A stretch of DNA of 57,698 nucleotides, from the IMG/VR virus record IMGVR_UViG_3300020109_001608, positions 1-57,698 of that record. The stretch is one strand, 5' to 3'. Of this stretch, positions 37,427 to 45,977 are shown in pieces. The stretch is from a virus (taxonomy: Duplodnaviria; Caudoviricetes). Every line of letters starts with the position of its first letter. Position 1 is the stretch's first letter. The notes beneath the pieces are model-generated. The model was not told where the DNA came from, ran no database searches, and was given only the letters and a program-made list of their open reading frames with translations. A program made the translations under genes and the position numbers.

Positions 37427-38022
37427 TGTTTAATCATATTCATTTGAAAAATCCTGGTGTTACAACCAGTACTTTACCACCACATGTCTTTCAAGAAGTC
37501 ATGAAAGAAGTAAAGGAAGTTGAGCAGCGTGATGATGGTTATTTTAAAATGAACAATCAACTTGCAGGTCAAATCGCAAGGGAATATCAACTTCAAAAAT
37601 CACAGGCAGTCATGAACCCATTTCTAGAAGAGATGGCGAGGGAATATGGTAAGCACTTTGACTATTATCCAAACTATGATTTCAAGGTTGAAAGTTTGTG
37701 GGTGAATTATCAGAAGAAGACAGAATACAATCCAATTCATAATCATGATGGGATGCTAAGTTTTGTCTGCTGGATGCAAATTCCCTATCGTCTTCAAGAT
37801 GAATACAGTGTGCAGCACAGTCAGAATTCAAGTCTGAAAGCAGCATCTACATTTCAATTTGTCTATTCCAGTATTCTTGGAAACATCATCAATGAAAAAT
37901 TAGAAATTGATCAAGACTGGGCAGGACGTATTGTAATGTTCCCAAGCAAACTTCTTCACACAGTTTATCCTTTCTTTACAAGTGATGACTATCGTATTTC
38001 AGTCGCAGGAAATATTTCATGA
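37426..38022 (+). CDS. 2OG-Fe(II) oxygenase-like protein
   Basis: WVNYQKKTEYNPIHNHDG.LSFV.W, MFPSKLLHTVYPF, RISVAGN. Confidence 0.82.
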   Translation: MFNHIHLKNPGVTTSTLPPHVFQEVMKEVKEVEQRDDGYFKMNNQLAGQIAREYQLQKSQAVMNPFLEEMAREYGKHFDYYPNYDFKVESLWVNYQKKTEYNPIHNHDGMLSFVCWMQIPYRLQDEYSVQHSQNSSLKAASTFQFVYSSILGNIINEKLEIDQDWAGRIVMFPSKLLHTVYPFFTSDDYRISVAGNIS

Positions 38023-38645
38023 AGAAAATTATTCATGTTGTTAATATCAATAACTTCTTTCCAGAACTTTTTGCACTGACTTTTCCTACCATACAAGACT
38101 ATGCACAAAGGAATGGTTATGAAATCAATCTGATTACACAAAGAAAGTTCCCTGATTTTCATATCAACTATGAAAAGATGCAAGTCTGGGAAGATGGAAA
38201 GGATGCTGATATTAATCTTCTTGTTGATGCAGATGTATTAATTCATCCTGGGTTTCCTGATGTGATGAATATTGTTCCACCACATCACATTGGATTTAAT
38301 GATAATTATCATGCAAACACAAAGTTTCATACCAATCATTACTTTCTTCGTGATGGACGTAATGTGGGTATTGCATCTAACTTTGTGGTGTCTTATCGGT
38401 CAACACATGATGTCTGGGAACCACTAACAATCACTGCTGCACAAGGACGGCGAATTACTTTTGTGCGTGAAGGTGATATTGATGAATACTGTTTGTCTCA
38501 TAACATGGCGAAGTATGGGTTACGATACACTGGAATTACATGGGAAGCCTGGCAGCGTGAGTTCCTTATACATACTGGAACAGGTGATAAAGCACTTGCA
38601 TTACAAATGGCTCATGAAGCATTAGCAAAATGGACCCAATTGTAA
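38019..38645 (+). CDS. Putative nucleotide-sugar glycosyltransferase (GT-A)
   Basis: YAQRNGYE, YEKMQ, LLVDADVLIHP. Confidence 0.6.
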   Translation: MKKIIHVVNINNFFPELFALTFPTIQDYAQRNGYEINLITQRKFPDFHINYEKMQVWEDGKDADINLLVDADVLIHPGFPDVMNIVPPHHIGFNDNYHANTKFHTNHYFLRDGRNVGIASNFVVSYRSTHDVWEPLTITAAQGRRITFVREGDIDEYCLSHNMAKYGLRYTGITWEAWQREFLIHTGTGDKALALQMAHEALAKWTQL

Positions 38646-39703
38646 ACATAGATTTCTTTGCTGTTCTTGCAAAGAGAATCGCAAATCAAGATTATTCTAA
38701 ACAATCAATCGAAGCAGGAATAGAAGTTCTTCAATTTGCAAGACAACTATTTCCAAGCAAAGAAGATCAGAGAAGATTTGACTGGGAAGTTGGACATTTG
38801 GCAATGCAAATATCTGATTTCAAACAACAACTTAAAATACTTCACAATGAGAGGAGATATTTTTTATGGGGAGCATATTGCTTAAAGTATAATAAACCAT
38901 TATGGAATAATAATTTTAAGATAGGTGATACTATTCTTATGGTTGGAGAAGGTGGTATTGGAGATGAAATATTTGCAGCAAAGTTCTCATATAACTACAA
39001 AACTTTAGGTTTAAATGTTATCTTCGCAACTAATTATCATCCATCAAAGAATATACTTTCCAGAGTTCCAAGTATCGATAAAGTAATTCATATTGATGAC
39101 ATCCCCAATGAAATCTATGATTATTGGATTCCTGCTGGAGAAACTGCAATTGCACTAAACTTAGATCAGAAAGATATTCCCAATCATCAATATCTCTTTG
39201 CCTCTGAAGAATATTTAAAAAAATGGAAACAGATTATACCAGAAAGTAATAAGTTAAAAGTTGGTGTGAGGTGGTCTGGAAGTAAAACTTATGAAGTTGC
39301 TGCGAAAACAATCATACCATTTTCATTTTTTGATCAACTTACGTCTCTAGAGAATGTTGAATTTTACTCAATTCAAAGAGATGATGGAATTGAAGATATA
39401 CTACCAGATACCAAAATCATTCCTCTTCATGATAAACTAGATACATGGGATGATACTCTTGCTGCTATTTCACAATTAGATGTTGTAATTAGTAGTTCTA
39501 CATGTATTCCTATTATAACAGATGGTCTAAATAAAGAAACTTGGATAGTTGTACCTACTTTTTGTTATTGTTTATGGGTTGGTGATGAAACTTCAAGTCA
39601 CTGGTTTGGAGATAACTTTAAAGTTTACAGACAATCAAAATTTGAAAGTTGGAAAGAACCATTTGAAAAAGTAAAGAATGATTTAAATGAACAATCAATT
39701 TAG
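38630..39703 (+). CDS. Second GT-B (GT9-like) glycosyltransferase
   Basis: GEGGIGDEIF, KVGVRWSG, FYSIQ, WDDTLAAISQLDVVISS, WFGD..VYRQ. Confidence 0.7.
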   Translation: MDPIVNIDFFAVLAKRIANQDYSKQSIEAGIEVLQFARQLFPSKEDQRRFDWEVGHLAMQISDFKQQLKILHNERRYFLWGAYCLKYNKPLWNNNFKIGDTILMVGEGGIGDEIFAAKFSYNYKTLGLNVIFATNYHPSKNILSRVPSIDKVIHIDDIPNEIYDYWIPAGETAIALNLDQKDIPNHQYLFASEEYLKKWKQIIPESNKLKVGVRWSGSKTYEVAAKTIIPFSFFDQLTSLENVEFYSIQRDDGIEDILPDTKIIPLHDKLDTWDDTLAAISQLDVVISSSTCIPIITDGLNKETWIVVPTFCYCLWVGDETSSHWFGDNFKVYRQSKFESWKEPFEKVKNDLNEQSI

Positions 39704-40304
39704 AAAAAATCTAATCGTCGTTGATAACTTTTACGAAAATCCCGATGCAGTGCGTCAGTTTGCATTAGGCGTGGACTATGAACAAGGTGGTGGAAGGAAT
39801 TGGCCAGGTCGTGATAGTATTGATGAACATGGTAAGGAAGATCTTATCAGAATGGTCAGTGAAATTGTAGGACAGAAACTGACTACAAAGTCGTGCAATA
39901 AATGTTCTTATTTTCGTAGGACCAAAGTAGGAGAACACGGAACCCAGGACATTCACTTTGATCCAAATCCAGGATTAGTCTGGGCAGGTATCATTTACTT
40001 AACACCAACATTTCATCCAACTGGTGGTACAAAGTTCTGGAAGCACAAGGAATTTGGATGGGAATTTGCACCAACACAAGAACAAGCAGCAAGATGTGGT
40101 GTACAATCACAACAAGATATGGTAAACTTCTTTAATACTGACGGTAAAGATCGCAATAAGTGGATTGAAACTGATAACATTTCATTCAAATACAATCGTC
40201 TTGTGATGTTTAATCCATTCATGTTTCATTCAAATGGTGAATGGTTTGGTACAGATGATCAGTCAGCAAGATTAGTTCAACTTCTATTTTTCCATGCAGC
40301 ATAA
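39687..40304 (+). CDS. 2OG-Fe(II) oxygenase-like (DUF6445-like)
   Basis: IVVDNFYENPD.VR, IHFD, WAGIIYLTP, GT.FW, YNRLVMF...FHS, RLVQL.FF. Confidence 0.72.
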   Translation: MNNQFRKNLIVVDNFYENPDAVRQFALGVDYEQGGGRNWPGRDSIDEHGKEDLIRMVSEIVGQKLTTKSCNKCSYFRRTKVGEHGTQDIHFDPNPGLVWAGIIYLTPTFHPTGGTKFWKHKEFGWEFAPTQEQAARCGVQSQQDMVNFFNTDGKDRNKWIETDNISFKYNRLVMFNPFMFHSNGEWFGTDDQSARLVQLLFFHAA

Positions 40305-40926
40305 AATCGCAATCTTTTATCATCTGTATCAGACAGATACTGCACAGTTCATCTATCAACAACAGATGCATCGTTTATATACATCTGGACTGGTTGATGC
40401 TGCTGAGTTTATTCATATTGGTATCAGTGGACAGCATGAATTGTTTTCTAAACCAAGAAATGCAAGAGTTCAATACAATGAATTCACTGGGGATGAAGGT
40501 GGAACAATGGTTTCCATGATGGAATTCATCAAAGAAAATCCTGACTATAAAGTCATGTTCTTTCATGGAAAAGGTGCAAGTAAAAATGATATGTACCATC
40601 CACAACTTCAAGCATGGCGATTGTTTATGGAATACTATGTGATTGATAAGTGGAAGCAATGTTTAGTGCATTTGGATGACTACAATTGCGTCGGTGTTAA
40701 GGTCAGGGAAAAACCATTACCCCATTTTAGTGGAAACTTCTGGTGGGCAAATGCAGACTATCTACAAACACTGGATCATGATATGTTGTTTACACGCGGA
40801 TTTGAAAGTAAAGTAGACCGTGAACTATGGATTGGAACAGGAAACTTCAAACCAAAAGACTTACACCCAGTTGATATTAATTTAAGTATGCACGGAACGA
40901 TTTATACCGAAGACAATTATCTATGA
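40294..40926 (+). CDS. Hypothetical glycosyltransferase-like protein
   Basis: FFHGKG, WR..MEY, HFSGNFWWANADYL, RELWIG motifs found in viral glycosylation clusters. Confidence 0.55.
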   Translation: MQHKIAIFYHLYQTDTAQFIYQQQMHRLYTSGLVDAAEFIHIGISGQHELFSKPRNARVQYNEFTGDEGGTMVSMMEFIKENPDYKVMFFHGKGASKNDMYHPQLQAWRLFMEYYVIDKWKQCLVHLDDYNCVGVKVREKPLPHFSGNFWWANADYLQTLDHDMLFTRGFESKVDRELWIGTGNFKPKDLHPVDINLSMHGTIYTEDNYL

Positions 40927-41684
40927 TTAACACCTTTGATTATCCAAAACTACATGAAGAGTTTGTGAGTGCTAAACCATTCTCTCATGCAGTGATGGAT
41001 AATTTTTTTGATGAAGAAACAGCACTCACATTAAGTCATGAGTTTCCTGATTATCAATCAAACATATGGCATGTTTATGATAATCCACTAGAGAAAAAGA
41101 AAACATGTAACTCCTGGAATCTATTTTCAAAAAATCTTTACACTACTTTCTGTTATCTAAATTCTCCTGAATTCATATCAAAACTTAAGAAGATCACTGG
41201 TATTAAAAAACTTTATCCTGATGTTGGATTGCATGGTGGTGGATTGCACATTCATGGATGTGGTGATAAACTGAACGTCCATCTTGATTACTCCATACAC
41301 CCAAAACTTAAATTGCAAAGAAAACTTAATCTAATCATTTATCTTGGTGAAAACTGGAACCCAGAATGGGGTGGACAATTAGAACTTTGGTCTTCAGATA
41401 AAAAACAGTGCATCACATCTATTGATACTTTGTTTAATCGTGCAGTCATTTTTGATACAACACAGAATTCTTATCATGGATTACCCAATCCTCTGTCTTG
41501 TCCACAGGATTATTATCGTAAGAGTTTAGCAGTTTATTATCTAACTGATCCACCAAAAAATTGTCCAACACATTCAAAGGCAATTTACATTCCAACAGAA
41601 GAACAAAAAAACGATCCTAAAGTTCAAGAAATCATTCGCAAAAGAGCAAGTATGATGACTGCAAGTGAGGTTTATCGAACATGA
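40923..41684 (+). CDS. 2OG-Fe(II) oxygenase
   Basis: PF.H.VMDNF, LHGGGLH, LNVHLD, RKLNLIIYL, WGGQLELW, FNRAVIF..SYHG, RKSLAVYY. Confidence 0.85.
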   Translation: MINTFDYPKLHEEFVSAKPFSHAVMDNFFDEETALTLSHEFPDYQSNIWHVYDNPLEKKKTCNSWNLFSKNLYTTFCYLNSPEFISKLKKITGIKKLYPDVGLHGGGLHIHGCGDKLNVHLDYSIHPKLKLQRKLNLIIYLGENWNPEWGGQLELWSSDKKQCITSIDTLFNRAVIFDTTQNSYHGLPNPLSCPQDYYRKSLAVYYLTDPPKNCPTHSKAIYIPTEEQKNDPKVQEIIRKRASMMTASEVYRT

Positions 41685-42079
41685 AAGTATTTGTAAATGG
41701 TACTTTTGATGTACTTCATAGAGGTCATTTAGAACTTTTAAATTTTGCAAAATCATGTGGTGATTATTTGATCGTTGCAATTGACACTGATGATCGAGTC
41801 AAAGAAAAGAAGGGTTTAACACGACCAATATATACTCAAGATGAAAGAAAATTCTTCTTAAATATGTTAAAACCTGTAAATCAGGTTGAAATATTTTCAA
41901 CTGATGAAGAACTAGAAGAATTGATAAAAGGTTTCAATCCTGATATAATGATTGTGGGTTCTGATTGGAAAGATAAACCAGTTATTGGTTCTCAGTATGC
42001 AAAGAGATTAATTTTTTTTGATAGAATAGATGACTACTCAACAACAAACATCATTCAAAGTATTATTAATTGGAGATAG
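41681..42079 (+). CDS. rfaE2: Cytidylyltransferase-family nucleotidyltransferase (RfaE/HldE domain II-like)
   Basis: NGTFDVLHRGH (HxGH), D.RVK..KG..RPI, GSDW, YSTT. Confidence 0.8.
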   Translation: MKVFVNGTFDVLHRGHLELLNFAKSCGDYLIVAIDTDDRVKEKKGLTRPIYTQDERKFFLNMLKPVNQVEIFSTDEELEELIKGFNPDIMIVGSDWKDKPVIGSQYAKRLIFFDRIDDYSTTNIIQSIINWR

Positions 42080-42785
42080 TTGCACTGATAAGTATGTTTA
42101 TGGTGAAGTAAAGAGACTTAATCCAGAGGCACCTGTCCCTATTTTGAATTATAAACGAACTGAAGTACGTGAAGGAATGTGCTGGAATGTTTATAATAAT
42201 CTTTGTGCATTTGGTTTAGAAGTTTATATGTTAACAAATAAAGAAAAGATAGTAAAGACCAGATATATTGATGAAAAAACAAATCAACAGATTCTGAGAC
42301 TGGATGAAGAAGTCAAAGTTGAATCAATGACTTATGATATTCCAAAAGAAAAGTATGATGCAATTGTAGTCAGTGATTATAATAAAGGATTTGTAACGTC
42401 AGATAAACTATTTCATATCGTTTATAATGCAAAATGTCCTGTTTTCATTGATAGTAAGAAAAGTAATCTACCAACATATAATTGCTACATCAAGATTAAT
42501 GACCTTGAACATCAGAAACTCAAGGGTTCATACAACAATCTAATCATTACTCGTGGTGCCTCTGGAGCAGAATATGAGGGCGTCCTATATCCAGGTGAAA
42601 AAGTCAGCGTTTATGACGTTGTGGGGGCAGGAGACACTTTCTTAGCTGCCCTTACCTACGGATACCTAAAATATGGTAGAATAGAGAACGCAATCCCATT
42701 TGCAAATAAGGCATCAGCGATTGCTGTATCTCATCCAGGAACTTATGTACTAAACCAAAATGATGTTGAAAGTTTACGTAATTGA
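42030..42785 (+). CDS. rfaE1: PfkB-family heptose-7-phosphate kinase (RfaE/HldE domain I-like)
   Basis: LIGDSC.D.Y..G...RLNPEAPVP, KTRY, SDYNKG, DVVGAGDTFLA. Confidence 0.82.
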   Translation: MTTQQQTSFKVLLIGDSCTDKYVYGEVKRLNPEAPVPILNYKRTEVREGMCWNVYNNLCAFGLEVYMLTNKEKIVKTRYIDEKTNQQILRLDEEVKVESMTYDIPKEKYDAIVVSDYNKGFVTSDKLFHIVYNAKCPVFIDSKKSNLPTYNCYIKINDLEHQKLKGSYNNLIITRGASGAEYEGVLYPGEKVSVYDVVGAGDTFLAALTYGYLKYGRIENAIPFANKASAIAVSHPGTYVLNQNDVESLRN

Positions 42786-43098
42786 TATTGACGGTACAAT
42801 CTGCAATAAAGATTTGTGTCGCAATGATTGTGATTATCATACTAGTGTCCCCAAACTAGATCGAATTAAACAAATTAATTCTCTGTATGATCAAGGACAC
42901 ACAATCAAATACTTTACTGCGAGAGGAATGGGAAGACACAAAGACTCTAGAATTTTGGCGCATAAAGAGTTCTATGATCTAACTCATTTGCAATTAAAAT
43001 CTTGGGGTTGTAAATTTCATGAACTTATTTTGGGTAAACCAAGTGGTGATATATACATTGATGATAAAGGTATGAATGCAGATGACTTCTTCAATTGA
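42760..43098 (+). CDS. Small HAD-superfamily phosphatase
   Basis: VIDIDGTI, FTARG, GKP..D.YIDDK. Confidence 0.8.
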   Translation: MMLKVYVIDIDGTICNKDLCRNDCDYHTSVPKLDRIKQINSLYDQGHTIKYFTARGMGRHKDSRILAHKEFYDLTHLQLKSWGCKFHELILGKPSGDIYIDDKGMNADDFFN

Positions 43099-43441
43099 TA
43101 TTATTTCTAAAGGATGGGGATTTGAAAAAGTAATTTGTAATTCTCCGGAATATTGTGGTAAACTTTTATATTTTATTAAAGGTAAGAAGTGTTCATGGCA
43201 TTATCACAAACTTAAAGACGAAACCTTTTATATTCAGTCAGGCAAAATTCTTTTGAAATATTATGATGAAGACGATATTGCCTTTGCACATGATATTATT
43301 CTGAATAAAGGAGATAGTTTTCACGTTTATCGTGGATTACGTCATCAAATGTTTGCTCTCGAAGACACGGAACTATTTGAGTTCTCTACGCAACATTTTG
43401 ATGATGATAGTTATAGAGTCATAATTGGAGATACTCTTTAA
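43076..43441 (+). CDS. Cupin sugar isomerase-like protein
   Basis: KGWG.E, YCGK, SWHYH..KDETFY, H..., EFST..F..DSYR. Confidence 0.78.
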   Translation: MQMTSSIDIISKGWGFEKVICNSPEYCGKLLYFIKGKKCSWHYHKLKDETFYIQSGKILLKYYDEDDIAFAHDIILNKGDSFHVYRGLRHQMFALEDTELFEFSTQHFDDDSYRVIIGDTL

Positions 43442-44198
43442 CTGATTTAAACTGATAATCAAACAAATTATTAGCACAGGTATAAGTTTGATATTTACCC
43501 ACAAGATGGTCTGGAAATGGAATGTATTCTATTTCACCATCTTCTTTTTGTGCAATGAATTCAGCAACTTCTTGAAAACTAATTGGTTTACCAGTCCCCA
43601 AGTCATAAATTCCAGACGGTGCTTCATTATTCAAAACAATATTTACAATATCATCAACGCATATAAAATCGCGCAGAAACTTATCAGAACCTTCAAAAAG
43701 TTTTAGTTTACCAGTTTCTCTTATTTGTTTTGTAAATTTTGAAATTGGTGATGCTTGATCTTCCTTATGATCTTCTCCTATACCATATACATTAAAGTAT
43801 CTAAATCCTTGAATAGAAGAAAACCTGTCTAGATTATCTTGCACAAAATAATCAATCTGCAACTTGGTGATTGCATAATAATTCAATGGATTAATTTGTC
43901 CATTTGTGTTTCCATAAACAGATGCAGATGATGCATACTTGACTGGAATTTGATATTGAATTGCACGTTCAAATAATTGCAAAGTGAACTCAACATTATG
44001 ATGATGTAGAGTACGAATGTTGCGTTCTGTTGTTGATGAAATTGCTCCTTGATGAAGAATTAAAGAGACTTCATTCCAACGATCAAAGGAGGATAAGAAT
44101 CTAAAGCAATCATCTTTTTCAACTTCAATGACTGGTTCTTGAAGACACGAAAGAAAGTTTTGTCCAATAAAACCTTTTGATCCAGTAAGAATTATCAT
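43419..44198 (-). CDS. hldD: ADP-L-glycero-D-manno-heptose 6-epimerase-like (extended SDR)
   Basis: TGSKGFIG, HQGAISSTTE, YASSASVYG, PLNYYAITK (YxxxK), RYFNVYG..E.HK, RDFI.V.D, KYQTYTCA. Confidence 0.85.
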   Translation of the reverse strand: MIILTGSKGFIGQNFLSCLQEPVIEVEKDDCFRFLSSFDRWNEVSLILHQGAISSTTERNIRTLHHHNVEFTLQLFERAIQYQIPVKYASSASVYGNTNGQINPLNYYAITKLQIDYFVQDNLDRFSSIQGFRYFNVYGIGEDHKEDQASPISKFTKQIRETGKLKLFEGSDKFLRDFICVDDIVNIVLNNEAPSGIYDLGTGKPISFQEVAEFIAQKEDGEIEYIPFPDHLVGKYQTYTCANNLFDYQFKSVKEYLQL

Positions 44199-44210
44199 TG
44201 TTTTTGATTA

Positions 44211-44239
44211 ATTATAACAGCAATAAATAATAAAAGCAA
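44211..44239 (-). promoter_or_regulatory. Sigma70-type promoter for hldD
   Basis: Minus strand TTGCTT, 17 nt spacer, TATAAT, with extended TG. Confidence 0.7.
44224..44229 (+). promoter_or_regulatory. Late promoter TAAATA
   Basis: ATAAATA upstream of 44260. Confidence 0.65.
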
Positions 44240-44259
44240 CTAGAAGTATAATAGTTATA

Positions 44260-45957
44260 ATGTCTGTAACTAAAGCTCAACTCTTATCCCCAGTAGGAAT
44301 TGTTACTGCATCAGGCGTAAATGTAAGCGGTACGATTACTGCTACTAGTTTTTCAGGTAGCGGTGCAAATTTAACTGGGGTTGGCGTTACAGCAGGGGCA
44401 AGTGTTAATACATCAGGTATTATTACAGCAGTTAGTTTTTCTGGTGATGGAAGTAATTTAAGTGGTATTGGTATTGGATCTACTGCAAATGTTGCTACAA
44501 CAGGAATTATCACAGCATCAAAGTTTTCTGGAAGTGGTATCGGATTAACAAACATTGGTGGACCTATCGCAGGATTGGTTTATAGTCCACCCATTGGTGC
44601 TACGGGTATTGGTTCATTATCCAATATTTCAATTACATTCAGTAAACCAATTCAAGCAGGTGTTGGTACAATTACTTTAAGAACTGATAGTGCGACTGGT
44701 TCAATTATTGAAAGTTTTGATGTTGGAACAAGTTCCTCTATTAGTATTAGTGGAGCAAAACTGATTATTGACCCAACAAGTAATCTAGGTGCAGGTACAA
44801 CGCATTATGTTGTAATTCCAGCAGGAGCACTGAAAGATACTTATGCTGGTATTTCAAGTAATGTAGGTATTACCAGTTATTATTTTAGAACACAACAAAT
44901 TGATTATTCTTTATTTGCATGGGGGTATAATGTTCTTGGGGCATTAGGACAAAATGATACTACAACTCGTTCATCACCAATACAAATTCCAGGAACACAG
45001 TGGAATAAAGTTACTGATGGGTACTCAAGTTTACTAGCAACTAAAACAGATGGAACGTTGTGGGCATGTGGATACAATAATTTCGGTGAACTAGGTCAGA
45101 ATGATCAAGTAAATTATTCATCACCAAGACAAATTCCAGGAACACAGTGGAGTTCTTTGGATGCAGATAATTATGTATTTTTAGCAACTAAAACAGATGG
45201 AACGTTGTGGGGATGTGGAAATAACGGTTATGCAGCATTAGGACAAAACAATCAAACATATTATTATTCATCACCAGTACAAATTCCAGGAACACAATGG
45301 AGATCTGTGCATGCTGGGGGTTTGCATACGCTAGCAACTAAAACTGATGGAACTTTATGGGCGTGGGGACATGCTCCCCAAGGACAACTAGGGCAAAATG
45401 ATACAGTACCACGTTCATCACCAAGACAAATTCCAGGAACACAATGGAATACAGCTTCCGTTGGATATTATAGTTCAATAGCGACAAAAACCGATGGAAC
45501 CTTGTGGGTTTGGGGCGATGCTTCTTATGGAGTTTTAGGACAAAATGATGTAGCAAATCGTTCATCACCAAGACAAATTCCAGGAACACAGTGGTCCGTA
45601 ATTCAATCTGTATATCATGCTCAAGGATCAATGTTCGCAACTAAAACAGATGGAACGTTGTGGGCATGGGGATATAATTATCGGGCAATTCTTGGACAAA
45701 ATGATATAACAGATCGTTCATCACCAAGACAAATTCCAGGAACACAGTGGAGATCTATAAGCAGCAGATATCGACATGTTGTAGCAACAAAAACTGATGG
45801 AACATTATGGTCATGGGGATCTAATGCTTTCGGTAAATTAGGATTGAATAATACAACATATTGCTCATCGCCGGTACAAATTCCAGGAACCACATGGAGT
45901 TCTATGGTTACAGCTGGTACTTTCAATTCATTCGCTATTAAAGAAACATCATCATAA
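44260..45957 (+). CDS. Fibre + Ig-like (Big_5/SbsA-like) + RCC1 propeller protein, type A1
   Basis: MSVTKAQL start; GIITA..FSG.G..L repeats; YSP..ITFSKPI..GTITLR..IDPT Ig-like domain; 7 blades. Confidence 0.85.
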   Translation: MSVTKAQLLSPVGIVTASGVNVSGTITATSFSGSGANLTGVGVTAGASVNTSGIITAVSFSGDGSNLSGIGIGSTANVATTGIITASKFSGSGIGLTNIGGPIAGLVYSPPIGATGIGSLSNISITFSKPIQAGVGTITLRTDSATGSIIESFDVGTSSSISISGAKLIIDPTSNLGAGTTHYVVIPAGALKDTYAGISSNVGITSYYFRTQQIDYSLFAWGYNVLGALGQNDTTTRSSPIQIPGTQWNKVTDGYSSLLATKTDGTLWACGYNNFGELGQNDQVNYSSPRQIPGTQWSSLDADNYVFLATKTDGTLWGCGNNGYAALGQNNQTYYYSSPVQIPGTQWRSVHAGGLHTLATKTDGTLWAWGHAPQGQLGQNDTVPRSSPRQIPGTQWNTASVGYYSSIATKTDGTLWVWGDASYGVLGQNDVANRSSPRQIPGTQWSVIQSVYHAQGSMFATKTDGTLWAWGYNYRAILGQNDITDRSSPRQIPGTQWRSISSRYRHVVATKTDGTLWSWGSNAFGKLGLNNTTYCSSPVQIPGTTWSSMVTAGTFNSFAIKETSS

Positions 45958-45977
45958 ATACCTAAAAAACGATAATG
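45954..45977 (+). repeat. Repeated gene-junction cassette: stop + late promoter + leader (ATAAATACCTAAAAAAC..ATG)
   Basis: Near-identical copies with TAAATA at 45955, 48141, 50303, 52021, 53706 and 55885. Confidence 0.85.

Noticed and set aside
43488-43706. 72 aa + strand ORF
   Set aside because: Antisense shadow within hldD
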